40,210 nucleotides of DNA from a virus, in the UHGV virus genome UHGV-0388459; one strand, written 5' to 3'. The position numbers were made by a program, and so were the translations under genes. Below, piece after piece: positions 7,558 to 17,623 of the stretch. The notes under the pieces are model-generated. The model worked only from the letters and a program-made list of their open reading frames with translations. It did no database searches and was not told the origin of the DNA. Within the stretch, counting starts at the first letter, position 1; each line of letters starts with the position of its first letter.

Positions 7558-7568
7558 TGTTAATCATT

Positions 7569-8480
7569 TCAGAACAACTGGAATCTGTCAACTTTCTTCC
7601 CAAAGCTTCCGGCATATCCATCCTGTCCACCGCCTGTCTCATTATTGTACTGCCAGTCATAGTAGTTGCCGTTCACTGGACTGACTCTGTACTGTGCTTT
7701 CTGGCTGCTGCCATCCGGGGCAATATAGATCACCTCGATAGCATCAATCGGCTTACCGTTTCCGGCATATCCATTTACCGGATCAGCCCAATTGAACCCG
7801 CTCACGTATGGCAGCCACTTTCCACCAAGAACATGAACACGGTATTCGACTTTTCCCACGTTACACATGATTGCAACGTCTGTGATCGCCTTTCCCCTGA
7901 CTCCTGCATAATCGGCAAGATTCTTCACGGATGGATACGTCTTTCCGTCAGCTTTCACGCAGTAGGTGAATACCACTGCCGCATTATAGTGTCCACCTGA
8001 TGGTTTTGCACTCTCTTTCGGAGCAGAAGTTGTTCCCTGTCCATAATCGATATCGCAGAGCTTCAGAAGATGCGTAAATCCATTCTGTGAAAGATTGGCG
8101 ATCCGTACACCGTAAGCTGATCCATCAGCAGCAATATACTGATCATTTCCGAGATAGATTCCAATATGCCCATTCATCCATACTGCCCAGCCGATATGCA
8201 CATTAGATCTTTTGCTGATCGGGATCACCTCAACTGCTGTACTCTTATACTGTCCTGATCCCCGGACAATGCCGGTATACCAGCTAATCAGACCAGAACA
8301 GTCTACGCATACCCTTCCAGCTTTCTTATCATCTGATTTCCATACACAATTAGATCCATACATTTTCCGGAGTGCCTGGATCTTTGCCAGACTCATCACT
8401 GCACCCTTTGCCCCATATACATAGGGTGTTCCGATCTTACTTTTTGCAAATGCGATTAATCCTGCTGCTGTCTTACTCAT
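7569..8480 (-). CDS. Endolysin: N-terminal NlpC/P60 (CHAP-like) peptidase plus a C-terminal putative cell-wall-binding region
   Basis: GTPYVYGAKG...CVDCSGLISW...HIGIYLGNDQYIAA contains the Cys/His catalytic pattern of NlpC/P60. Position is after the holin. Confidence 0.8.
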   Translation of the reverse strand: MSKTAAGLIAFAKSKIGTPYVYGAKGAVMSLAKIQALRKMYGSNCVWKSDDKKAGRVCVDCSGLISWYTGIVRGSGQYKSTAVEVIPISKRSNVHIGWAVWMNGHIGIYLGNDQYIAADGSAYGVRIANLSQNGFTHLLKLCDIDYGQGTTSAPKESAKPSGGHYNAAVVFTYCVKADGKTYPSVKNLADYAGVRGKAITDVAIMCNVGKVEYRVHVLGGKWLPYVSGFNWADPVNGYAGNGKPIDAIEVIYIAPDGSSQKAQYRVSPVNGNYYDWQYNNETGGGQDGYAGSFGKKVDRFQLF

Positions 8481-8510
8481 ATTTTTCTCCCTTCCTGCAC
8501 CGGTGCAAAC

Positions 8511-8834
8511 TTAGTTCTTCTTATATTTATTGCGATTCCACATTTCCGTGACACGTTCCCAACCACCAGTGCTTACCAGATAGACAATAAATGCGGCAAT
8601 AAATGATGCGAAAATGTAATACCATTCAATTACTACTGTGTAATATGTGCATAGTACGATCACTGACACGGGCGTCAGGATCAGTGCTGCAGCCAGTGCG
8701 ACTGCATTGGTCTGCACCTTTTTTAATCCCGGCATCTCCTTAATAACCTGCACGATCACGCTGACAAGAAATGCCAGCACACCGATTCCTGCCAATATGT
8801 AACTCATATACTGCATTAATATTTCAATGTTCAT
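8511..8834 (-). CDS. Holin (multi-TM small membrane protein)
   Basis: 107 aa with 2-3 hydrophobic helices and a charged C-terminus NRNKYKKN. Lies between the XhlA-like gene and the lysin. Confidence 0.7.
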   Translation of the reverse strand: MNIEILMQYMSYILAGIGVLAFLVSVIVQVIKEMPGLKKVQTNAVALAAALILTPVSVIVLCTYYTVVIEWYYIFASFIAAFIVYLVSTGGWERVTEMWNRNKYKKN

Positions 8835-8846
8835 AGTTAGTCTCCT

Positions 8847-9179
8847 TTATTTCAATCCAAATTTCATTGCCACTGCACCAAGAACAAGACCGAGGACAGT
8901 TGTAAGGACGTATTTTACAGCTGTTCTCCACATATCTCCATCTCGACTTTCTAATGTTTCCAAGCGTTTCCCTTGCTGCTTCTGCTCGCTTACCATAAGT
9001 TCTATACTCTGTGCGAGCTTTTCGACTGACACTGTAAGCGAATTAATCTGCTGCGTAATCTTTTCCAATACTTCAATCCGCTTGTTCTGACGATGATTTT
9101 CGTCCTCGATCCGCTTCTTGAACTCTTCATGTTCTGCCCTTGTAATTACGTCATCCATCTTTCTCACCTCCTTTTGCAT
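8847..9179 (-). CDS. XhlA-like lysis-associated protein (coiled coil plus C-terminal TM)
   Basis: 110 aa. The N-terminus is charged/coiled and the C-terminus VKYVLTTVLGLVLGAVAMKF is a TM helix. Synteny matches PBSX xhlA-xhlB-xlyA. Confidence 0.5.
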   Translation of the reverse strand: MQKEVRKMDDVITRAEHEEFKKRIEDENHRQNKRIEVLEKITQQINSLTVSVEKLAQSIELMVSEQKQQGKRLETLESRDGDMWRTAVKYVLTTVLGLVLGAVAMKFGLK

Positions 9180-9191
9180 TTAAAGTCAAAA

Positions 9192-10316
9192 TCATCCGAC
9201 TGCAAACACCGGGCGAACCCCATAAGTGCTTGTAGCCATATCACTGCTAGCATCGCCGTATTGCGATATCAAGGTGTATGTCTGTGATCCTGCTACATTC
9301 CGCAACCAATAGTTTACACCAATAGTCTTCAATTCAGGAGCAAGCCGGAACAGTGCTAACTGTTGTGTATCGGATGTCTGCTTATTACTATTGTCAGTGC
9401 AAATATAAGTTCCATGCACCATTACTTCACTCATGAGATCCACGGACGCATTTATCCAAGCTCCGTCGGAAAACATTCTATGAGTTAGCAATAAACTTTT
9501 AAATGTATCCGGCAATGTTTTCGCTATATTATTCAATCGAGTCGATTTCATTTCCGAATTTCTATAACCACCGTACGTACTGTTGCTTGTATGCATCTGT
9601 CCGCTCCCTAACACAGTATCCGGGACTATTAATATATGGGGTTTTTGTACTTTTTCTGATTCCGGATAACCTACATTTCGCCAATAATTTATGTCTGCTA
9701 TCCTGTATTTGGTTCCGTTTATCTCCCAGTAGTCGCCGACGTACAGATCTGCAAAGCTTCCGTCTCTAATCACAGCTAATTGTCCCGCGGTGATCGACTC
9801 ACCAAGACACCGTCCGCGGAAGATATTACGATGCATTTCCGGTGAAAATCCAGCCATAAATACGCTGACTGCCTGTTCTACCATCTCAGCGGTAGCCGCA
9901 AACTTTCCGGCATCTGCATCGTCCCGGACTGACTGGGCAATCTGCTGTGTCTCGTTCACCTTGTCAAGAATCTGCTGCCATACTGTCGGCTCAGGATCGG
10001 ATGGAGTGCCACCGCTTAAGGTTGCCGGCAGTGAAAAACTCTTGATATCGGTCGTGATGACAGTATCACCGAGCACGCCGGATACGGATACACCGACCCG
10101 ACCATGTACGGCAAGAGCTTCTGCTGGCACGGTACAAGCGTCATTTTCCAGTAGCTGTGAACAGGTATTACCATCCGCCCCACGGAAGAAAGCCGTCTTT
10201 GTCAGCCCCTTCCACTCTTCCGAGAAACTGAACTCCGCCCGTAAATACTCCCTCGTCCCCTCTGCTGTCTTAGGCGGCTCCAGATAGAGCCGCTGATTTA
10301 CTACCTTGATTTTCAT
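9192..10316 (-). CDS. Tail fibre / host-specificity (XepA-position) protein (374 aa)
   Basis: Ser/Thr/Gly/Asn-rich and beta-rich composition. Position is between the XkdX-like gene and the lysis cassette. Confidence 0.45.
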   Translation of the reverse strand: MKIKVVNQRLYLEPPKTAEGTREYLRAEFSFSEEWKGLTKTAFFRGADGNTCSQLLENDACTVPAEALAVHGRVGVSVSGVLGDTVITTDIKSFSLPATLSGGTPSDPEPTVWQQILDKVNETQQIAQSVRDDADAGKFAATAEMVEQAVSVFMAGFSPEMHRNIFRGRCLGESITAGQLAVIRDGSFADLYVGDYWEINGTKYRIADINYWRNVGYPESEKVQKPHILIVPDTVLGSGQMHTSNSTYGGYRNSEMKSTRLNNIAKTLPDTFKSLLLTHRMFSDGAWINASVDLMSEVMVHGTYICTDNSNKQTSDTQQLALFRLAPELKTIGVNYWLRNVAGSQTYTLISQYGDASSDMATSTYGVRPVFAVG

Positions 10317-10516
10317 GCTTTTTCCTCATCCTCTTTTACAAGCTCCGACATACCGGAGTCCTCCAGGATCTCCCGAACTTTCTCTTTGAGCAGTCTTGGG
10401 ACCTGTCCATATGTTTTCTTTCCTAAGATAATCTGCTGTGCCCATAACATTGCCATCATTTCTTTACCTCCTGCATTTTGCATTAATATGAATATATTGG
10501 TTAATAGAGTTACCAT
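10313..10516 (-). CDS. XkdX-family small phage protein (67 aa)
   Basis: LWAQQIILGKKTYGQVPRLLKEKVREIL resembles the Phage_XkdX signature. Confidence 0.5.
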   Translation of the reverse strand: MVTLLTNIFILMQNAGGKEMMAMLWAQQIILGKKTYGQVPRLLKEKVREILEDSGMSELVKEDEEKA

Positions 10517-10517
10517 T

Positions 10518-10889
10518 TTACTGATACACCTCTTCAGACATTTCCAAGATGCATCCTTTCAACATCTCCACCTGTTCTTTTAAACCTGCATTTTCCTGAA
10601 TCAGTGCGTCCATCTTTTCTGCCACTGTCTCTCCCGGCTTTGACAGGATGATGCCCGTGATACCGGCTGTGTACTTGATGATTCCCTCAAGAGTGGTATA
10701 CCCCTCGTACTCTCCGACCGTCTGGCTACGTTCTGATATAACCATCTTCCGGGTCTTCAGCTCATCCCCAAACATTGCCCGTAGATCCTCTTCCGTGGCT
10801 GACACGGTTTTGATCAACAGTGTCCCGTCCCCCTGGATGGATGCCGACTGGATCTGCAGGTCTGTACCATCGTTGTATGTAAGTTTCAT
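10518..10889 (-). CDS. XkdW-position hypothetical tail-associated protein (123 aa)
   Basis: Synteny only. Confidence 0.35.
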   Translation of the reverse strand: MKLTYNDGTDLQIQSASIQGDGTLLIKTVSATEEDLRAMFGDELKTRKMVISERSQTVGEYEGYTTLEGIIKYTAGITGIILSKPGETVAEKMDALIQENAGLKEQVEMLKGCILEMSEEVYQ

Positions 10890-10907
10890 GATCTCACCTC
10901 CCCAATC

Positions 10908-11723
10908 TTAATCTACTAGCCATGCAATCTGTGAGCAGATATACCCATTATATTGCATCTGCACGTTGGCTCCACGGAAAAGTCCTACCTTTCCTGTCCC
11001 CATGCTTGCCGGTGTTACAGAGATGAAAAAGTCCGGATAGGTCTGTCCTCGTACTACCGCCGGTGCGAATACATAATTCGCCGGACGATCATTTGCCGCA
11101 AGATTAATAATCGTTCCGTCTGCTGCGGAACTGGTGTCCACAAGATTCAGGATCCTTAACTTTCCCATCCGCTGCAGCCGCACTCCTGATTTCAGCGTTT
11201 CCGTGGACGGAGTCATATCTTCCTGTATCGTAGCCATTGACGGCAGGACTTCTAATAGCTTTTTCACTTCCGTCACATTGATTCCATCCAATGTAATCTC
11301 AAATACCGGGCAATCATCCACAAGATCACCCTCCTGCAGATTTCCCTGCGTATATCCCGGAACTGTAGGTGTACCGCTTGTTGGCGTTCCCATAATATAC
11401 AGCCATTCACCTGTCTCGATACCGGTCTCTTTATTCCGGGTATATCGGTTTACGACCAGATCTTTTCTCTTCATTCCCTGTGTTCCGTTCGTGATCGTGA
11501 CCTCATCATAAGTACCAATCTTCACAGCTGATACATTCCCGTGATGTGCCATGATTCCGCTTCGGATCTTAAGCAGATTATTCGATGTTAATTCCGGTTC
11601 AAGATTTTCCCCGGAAGTCAGAATGCAGCTCCCCTGCCCGATCGTTCCCTCAAGGATCTGCCGGAACTGCTGACTGGTAACGTGAGGACTGCCGGTCTTT
11701 CCTGATACTATCTTCATGTTCAA
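10908..11723 (-). CDS. Putative tail fibre / baseplate protein (271 aa)
   Basis: Position in the distal tail module. Gly/Thr-rich. Confidence 0.4.
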   Translation of the reverse strand: MNMKIVSGKTGSPHVTSQQFRQILEGTIGQGSCILTSGENLEPELTSNNLLKIRSGIMAHHGNVSAVKIGTYDEVTITNGTQGMKRKDLVVNRYTRNKETGIETGEWLYIMGTPTSGTPTVPGYTQGNLQEGDLVDDCPVFEITLDGINVTEVKKLLEVLPSMATIQEDMTPSTETLKSGVRLQRMGKLRILNLVDTSSAADGTIINLAANDRPANYVFAPAVVRGQTYPDFFISVTPASMGTGKVGLFRGANVQMQYNGYICSQIAWLVD

Positions 11724-12697
11724 TCTCCTTCCAATTTATATTCTTTTGATATGATTCCATTTGTGACACTGTAAACGATATTTCCGACTGATTTTTTCAT
11801 TGCCATCCCTGTAAGGTAATCTCTGCCACCGATGACATCACCGATCGCCACATCAATTCCCAATTTTTCAATATCCATATCGAATGCCTTTTTATTGCAG
11901 ATTTCTTTCAACTTTTCCACTGCTTTCGACTTAAGCTCCGCTGTCTCCGTTGACGTATTTTCGTAAACTTCCGCAATCTCATCCAGACCTATATAGTAAG
12001 GCTCTTCCCGAAAAGATCCGTCCGGCCAGACATACAGATGGTATACAGTACGATCAGCAAGCTCCCCTTTTCCAGCTACGATCAGATGATTGATTCCGTT
12101 CCGACTGTCTTTCATCGTATAGTTCAGGCTGCAGTCTTTTGATAATTCCACCTGATCCGAATGATCTACAACCGGCACGGCACTGATCAGAACGTATCCG
12201 GGAATCCCTTCCTCTCGTTTGTGCCGGATCTCTAATCTGTACCCCTTACTTGCGAGCATTTCTACAATTCCATCGAGCAAGGTGCAATATCGGTCAAACT
12301 GGTAGTTGCTCACAGACACCCCGGTATTTTCCTGACTGACTACAAAAAGTCCATCAAATTCCGGGTCGATCAGCGTCTTCAACACTTCATTCAGTTCCCC
12401 TGATACTTTTTTATAATCACTTCCGGCTGGTGGCTGGATAATTTTATGCTCCAGCATTCCACGCCACGTATAGCCTTTCAGCTCCACGTAGTCCAGAGTT
12501 GTATCTGTCAGTACACTTCCTATGATTCCGCCATATTCCGTATCCGGGACGTACACCAACGCATCAAATGTCAGCGACTGTGTCCAGTAGCAGCGTGCAA
12601 TCTGCACTGTAAACATCTTTTTGTTGTTGACATCAAATTCAACATTTGCGTTCTTCAGACTTCCGATTTCTCTTTGTGCATCTGCCAAAATCACCAT
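11720..12697 (-). CDS. Tal-like tail tip / minor structural protein (325 aa)
   Basis: Position immediately after the Dit-like gene. ATGA overlap chains it to its neighbours. Confidence 0.45.
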   Translation of the reverse strand: MVILADAQREIGSLKNANVEFDVNNKKMFTVQIARCYWTQSLTFDALVYVPDTEYGGIIGSVLTDTTLDYVELKGYTWRGMLEHKIIQPPAGSDYKKVSGELNEVLKTLIDPEFDGLFVVSQENTGVSVSNYQFDRYCTLLDGIVEMLASKGYRLEIRHKREEGIPGYVLISAVPVVDHSDQVELSKDCSLNYTMKDSRNGINHLIVAGKGELADRTVYHLYVWPDGSFREEPYYIGLDEIAEVYENTSTETAELKSKAVEKLKEICNKKAFDMDIEKLGIDVAIGDVIGGRDYLTGMAMKKSVGNIVYSVTNGIISKEYKLEGD

Positions 12698-13479
12698 GCT
12701 GCTTCCCTCCGTTCCAGAAAGATATCCAAATCTATCCCATACGTTCCCGCCCAGTTCACCCGGATGAGACCGCTTGGGATCTTTTCAAAAATGGAATATT
12801 CATAACCTCGTTCATTAAACAGATTGGATACAGTTCCATTTGTCAGATATTTATATACTGTCTGCTCTGCGGATTCAATAATCATGTATTCATTTCGTTC
12901 CAGTGTGGTCCTGACTTCGTAAGGGTGTCCGTTGATTAATATCTTCGGATTCGTACAAGGTCCATATACCGTCATCTTAAAATCTGATGCAGAGGGATGG
13001 TCAATTTTAAATTCGGCCGTCCCCGCCCGAACATCTGCGAAATCAAAAGGGAAATCAAAGGGAAAATCCAATCCGCTTGCTGCTGTCAGCTGACTTTGCG
13101 GAAAAAGCTGCTGACTTACTACTGTCATCCATGACAAGGACGGAGCTGCAAAAGTAAGCTCCACTTCTGCCATATCGAACCCTTTCCAGTTCGACTTCTT
13201 TGATTTCTCTACATGGCAAGAGAGGAATGTACCGTTCACACACAATTTTCCATGTACTCCGAGATCTGCATCTACAGCAAGCACGCTGTACAGCTTTTCC
13301 ATATTTTTCGCAAGACCTTCCCCGCTGTCATATACATCTACCTGTATCGTCTTCTGATATCCGCTTGCAGTCTCATCCCATTCGGAATCATACCAGTCTG
13401 CTTCTGCCGTATAATACGGATCAACAAGAAAATTCAGGATCACTCCTTTTGAATTTATGTAATACGCTTCTCTTATCAT
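12691..13479 (-). CDS. Distal tail protein (Dit-like)
   Basis: 262 aa, placed immediately downstream of the tape measure gene with a 4-nt overlap. Confidence 0.5.
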   Translation of the reverse strand: MIREAYYINSKGVILNFLVDPYYTAEADWYDSEWDETASGYQKTIQVDVYDSGEGLAKNMEKLYSVLAVDADLGVHGKLCVNGTFLSCHVEKSKKSNWKGFDMAEVELTFAAPSLSWMTVVSQQLFPQSQLTAASGLDFPFDFPFDFADVRAGTAEFKIDHPSASDFKMTVYGPCTNPKILINGHPYEVRTTLERNEYMIIESAEQTVYKYLTNGTVSNLFNERGYEYSIFEKIPSGLIRVNWAGTYGIDLDIFLERREAAW

Positions 13480-16400
13480 ATTTTCGGCACCGCTCCTTTC
13501 GGCAGTTCCCGGTCTAACCGGGTCGTACCCAGGTATACCGGCCTGCTCTGCATCTTCTTAACACCGGCAGCCGTTGCATTCCCGACTTTCACTGCCAGTT
13601 TCGTCAAATCCTCGTCTGAAATCCTCATAGTACTCTGTACGCTCTGCTGATTTATGATCTTTTCTGTACTCTGCAGGGCAAATGAGCCGGCGATCCGGTT
13701 TGTATTTACTGCCATCGCTTCCCTCACCCTATTGGACAGATCTGCCATGTCCAGTGAGTTCAGTGCCGAACGTGCCAGTTGTTCCGAAGCCTTTTTTACA
13801 GCCGGTATCTGATCATCAATTCCCAATGTGAAGCCTTCACCGTAAAAATGCCCCGTTTCTCGCATTACTTTTGACGGCGAATGAATCCCTAACACACTCT
13901 TGACTTTTTCATAAGCCGTACTCGCCAGCTCTGCCGCTTTTGATGCAGCATTTCCGATCCAGTCACCAATTCCACGGACAAATCCTGATCCAAAATTAGA
14001 ACCGGTATCATACGAGTCAATACTTCCTGCTCCGCTTTTTGCACTGGTAGCAAGGGAAATTCCTTTTGCCCTTGCATCCCCTTTCTTATTCCCTACAGCG
14101 GAAGAATATGCTGTTCCGAACGCTGTTCCGGTACTTCCGGGATTCACCGATCCCGCTCCACGCTTCGCACTGTCTGCCAGTCCTTTTCCTCTTGTCAACA
14201 GCTTTCCGACAAAGCCGCCGATTGCTGTATCGAAAAATCTTCCAAATGCACTGCCGGTCGAGGTTGGATCAACAGCCCCTGCTCCTCTTTTGGCAGCTTC
14301 TGCATTCGCTTTTCCCTGCTGTTCCGACACTGACAGCTGTGATCCAATTCCTTCATTAAAAGAAGTCATCAGCCCTGATCCGATTTCCTTCGTGTCTCCT
14401 ACTGATCCCCGCATAGCTTCAAGCAGCCGGGAAATTACACCTGTACCGGAAGAAGTAAGTTCCTCCTGACCTTCATTCAGTCCTTCAACTGCTCCCGGCC
14501 AGACATACGAAAAGATTTCTGCCACCGCACGGGACGGACTGTGAACATCAAGAGCCGTGATCAGGCTTTGCAGAAATGCGTCCGCACCCTGTTCTGCCGG
14601 ATCAGCAAGTTTGTCGAATCCTTCCAGTCCCTCCAAAGCTCCATACCACGCCTGTGACCATGTCTCTTTGGTTTTTTCATCCAGTCCTGAAAAGCCTTTC
14701 AGAAAGCTTTCCATTCCTGCCTGTGCCTCAGTACTCAGCGTGCCGGATATCTTCGCCTGTGCCATAGCCGCCACAAGTTCTGCAGAACCATCCTTACCGG
14801 CATTTTTTAATATTTCCTTGATCTGATCTGCACCAGTTCCGACCTGATTCAGGGCAATCCCCATAGCCTCCGTCAAGCCATCTTTGGTCTGCTGGGATAT
14901 GTCCTTAGCTCCAGCTGCCGAAGCAGTATATACACTTTTTATCCGATCAACAGCTGTGTTCGCCTGTTCGATGGCTGCTTCTGATCCAATCTCCAAAGTA
15001 GTGTCAATTCCGCTCTGAATTTCTGCCAGTGCAGAGTTGATCGTATCAGTATTTCCACTCATTGCCGCCTCTGTCAGGCTACTGTAATCGGAGATGACTT
15101 TCTGATTGTCCTGCATTGCCGCATTGGCAGCATCAAAGTTGGCTTGCAGCTCTTTTTCCTCATTTTCTGCCTTTGCAAGAGCTTCTTCCAACTCTTTATA
15201 TTTTTTTGTACATTTCTCAACAGCCGTTCCCTGCTCTGTATAATACAGCACCACATTATTGGTGCTTTCTTCTTCGAGTGCTTTCTTGAGCTCCGCAACC
15301 TTGCTTTGTTTACCGCTAAGCTTCTCATAAGCATCTGCCAGATCCACCACACAATCTGCCTGCTCCTGCATTGCATCCGCATAGTCCGACTTCATGGAAT
15401 CGAGAATGGCTTCTGCTTTTTTTGCCGCAATCAGATCGTAAACAGATTTTTCCAATTCACTGTAATTCTGAATCAGTCCATCATTCAGACTGATCTCTAT
15501 ACCTAACGCACTGGACAGCTCACCTGTGATATACGCCGCCCTTGCCTCCTGTCCTGCCTGCACCTTTCCATTCGCATCAACAATCTTTTGCAGTTCTCCC
15601 CACAATGCTTCTGCATTGTCGATCTCAGATGTGGCTGCCTGAATATTTTTCTGCCTTGCCGCTGCCTTTTCGTTAATACTGTCAATTTCATCCTGTGCCG
15701 CCTGGATATTTTCCTTTTGTGCCTCCGTCAGCCGATCTGTTGATGCCGCTTCATCATCCGTCAGCAGGATTGCTGTTCCGATACAGGCTGCCAGTGCCGC
15801 CCCTGCGGTAACAAGCAGACCGATTGGATTTGATGCCATAGCAGCGTTCAGGGCTGTCTGTGCTTTCGTCCACAGTCCGGTCAGGGCAGTCGTGACTCCG
15901 ATCTGACCGCTATAGACTCCCATCAACATTTCCCGGAGCGTCAGACCGCCGTTAGATGCTACAAGCTGTAAAGCATTTGCTTTTTCCATCGCAGTCAGCC
16001 TTGCCAGGGCTGCCGCATTCAGGTTCGTCTGATTCTTGCTGATCTTGGTGGCTGTACTATACAACTTCAATGCTGTCGTAGCTCCCGCCACCAATGGAGC
16101 AATCACACCTAGATTCCCACTCAGCAGGTCGATGGCTTTTGTGACCGGTGGGAGTGCCACTTTCGCAAGCGTTCCTGCCGCTTTGGTCAGATTCTTGAAT
16201 ACAGATACCGCTTTTTTCCCGGCTGATTTCAATCCGCCTGAATTGAGCGACTCTGACAAGGCTTCTACTGCATCCTGTGCCGGTTTCTTTAATTCTGCCG
16301 GCAGAAGGCTTGCAAGTCCTCCCGCTATTGATTCTGCCACTTCTGCTGCGGCTGTCAGAAGTCTTCCTTTATTTCCTGACACACCGGAAATGAAAGATTC

Positions 16401-17618
16401 GATGAAATCAACCGCTGTATCCACCATTTCCGGTGCGTGGGATGCTGCATCCACGGCAAAATCTGCAAAGATGTTTCCGGCCTCTTTTACAGCCGCTTTC
16501 AGACCACCATTTTTAAAGGCGTCCGTCATATCGCCTACAGCCTGCGTGGCTTGCACGGCTGTATTTTTCAGTGGCGTATCAAGAGATTCATAAATTTCAA
16601 TGCCGAGACCCTCAAGACTGGATTTCAAAATCGTAACCGCACCTTCAAGGTTGTCCTGCATTGTCTCTGACATATTCGCAGCCGTTCCGTCAGCGTTCTT
16701 TATGGCAGATGCAAGCTTGTCAAAATCACCCTGCGATGCATTTACGATAGCCAGCAATCCAGACATCGCCTCCTGTCCACCAAGAGCCGAAGCTACCTGT
16801 GCTTTCTGTGCTTCTGTCAGACCGGCAAATCCAGAACGCAGGTCTTTCATAATCTCATTCAGAGACTTCATGGATCCGTCACTCTTTGTCAGAGATATTC
16901 CCAGGGCATCCATAGCCCCCTGGACTTCGTTGGTTGGCTTCGCCATTCGGGTAAAGATACTTCGCAAAGCAGTACCTGCCTGGCTTGCCTTAATTCCGGA
17001 GTTTGCCATCAGCCCGATTGCTGTGGCACAATCCTCCGCAGAAAATCCGAGAGCTCCGGCTACTGGTGCAACATATTTGAACGTCTCTCCCATCATGCCT
17101 ACGTTAGTGTTGGCATTACTGGACGCTGCCGCAAGGACATTCGCAAAATGGGCGGAGTCCTGAGCAGTGAGTCCAAAAGCTGTCAGTGCGTCTGTAACGA
17201 TGTCAGAAGTCGTTGCAAGATCTTCACCGGATGCTGCTGCGAGATCCATGATGCCTTCAATACCAGAAAGCATATCCTGTGTCTTCCATCCTGCCATAGC
17301 CATGTATTCCATAGCCTGGGCAGATTCGGAAGCACTGAACTTCGTCTTTGCGCCCATTTCCTTTGCCTTGTCAGTCAGTTTCTGCAGTTCGTCTCCTGTA
17401 GCTCCTGATATGGCTGATACTTTTGACATCTCGGACTCAAAACTGACACCGACCTTTACAGCTGCCGCCGCTGCACCTCCAAGAGCAGTGGACACTGCAC
17501 TCACTGTTGTTGCTACAGTTTTCAAGCCAGTTTTCGCAAGCTTTCCCATTTTGCTTAAATCTTTTTCAATACCGGATGTGTCCAGTCCAGTATCAATAAT
17601 TACTTTTCCGTCTGCCAA
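13476..17618 (-). CDS. Tail tape measure protein (1380 aa)
   Basis: Very long Ala/Gly/Ser-rich alpha-helical protein. The N-terminal region has TP901-like TMP core features. Position is after the two chaperone genes. Confidence 0.9.
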   Translation of the reverse strand: MADGKVIIDTGLDTSGIEKDLSKMGKLAKTGLKTVATTVSAVSTALGGAAAAAVKVGVSFESEMSKVSAISGATGDELQKLTDKAKEMGAKTKFSASESAQAMEYMAMAGWKTQDMLSGIEGIMDLAAASGEDLATTSDIVTDALTAFGLTAQDSAHFANVLAAASSNANTNVGMMGETFKYVAPVAGALGFSAEDCATAIGLMANSGIKASQAGTALRSIFTRMAKPTNEVQGAMDALGISLTKSDGSMKSLNEIMKDLRSGFAGLTEAQKAQVASALGGQEAMSGLLAIVNASQGDFDKLASAIKNADGTAANMSETMQDNLEGAVTILKSSLEGLGIEIYESLDTPLKNTAVQATQAVGDMTDAFKNGGLKAAVKEAGNIFADFAVDAASHAPEMVDTAVDFIESFISGVSGNKGRLLTAAAEVAESIAGGLASLLPAELKKPAQDAVEALSESLNSGGLKSAGKKAVSVFKNLTKAAGTLAKVALPPVTKAIDLLSGNLGVIAPLVAGATTALKLYSTATKISKNQTNLNAAALARLTAMEKANALQLVASNGGLTLREMLMGVYSGQIGVTTALTGLWTKAQTALNAAMASNPIGLLVTAGAALAACIGTAILLTDDEAASTDRLTEAQKENIQAAQDEIDSINEKAAARQKNIQAATSEIDNAEALWGELQKIVDANGKVQAGQEARAAYITGELSSALGIEISLNDGLIQNYSELEKSVYDLIAAKKAEAILDSMKSDYADAMQEQADCVVDLADAYEKLSGKQSKVAELKKALEEESTNNVVLYYTEQGTAVEKCTKKYKELEEALAKAENEEKELQANFDAANAAMQDNQKVISDYSSLTEAAMSGNTDTINSALAEIQSGIDTTLEIGSEAAIEQANTAVDRIKSVYTASAAGAKDISQQTKDGLTEAMGIALNQVGTGADQIKEILKNAGKDGSAELVAAMAQAKISGTLSTEAQAGMESFLKGFSGLDEKTKETWSQAWYGALEGLEGFDKLADPAEQGADAFLQSLITALDVHSPSRAVAEIFSYVWPGAVEGLNEGQEELTSSGTGVISRLLEAMRGSVGDTKEIGSGLMTSFNEGIGSQLSVSEQQGKANAEAAKRGAGAVDPTSTGSAFGRFFDTAIGGFVGKLLTRGKGLADSAKRGAGSVNPGSTGTAFGTAYSSAVGNKKGDARAKGISLATSAKSGAGSIDSYDTGSNFGSGFVRGIGDWIGNAASKAAELASTAYEKVKSVLGIHSPSKVMRETGHFYGEGFTLGIDDQIPAVKKASEQLARSALNSLDMADLSNRVREAMAVNTNRIAGSFALQSTEKIINQQSVQSTMRISDEDLTKLAVKVGNATAAGVKKMQSRPVYLGTTRLDRELPKGAVPKI

Positions 17619-17623
17619 TCATC

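Noticed and set aside
8827-9287. Plus-strand ORFs 8827..9090 and 9093..9287 antisense to the holin/XhlA-like genes
   Set aside because: Cys/Phe/Ser-rich nonsense composition, no RBS, fully embedded in better minus-strand genes.
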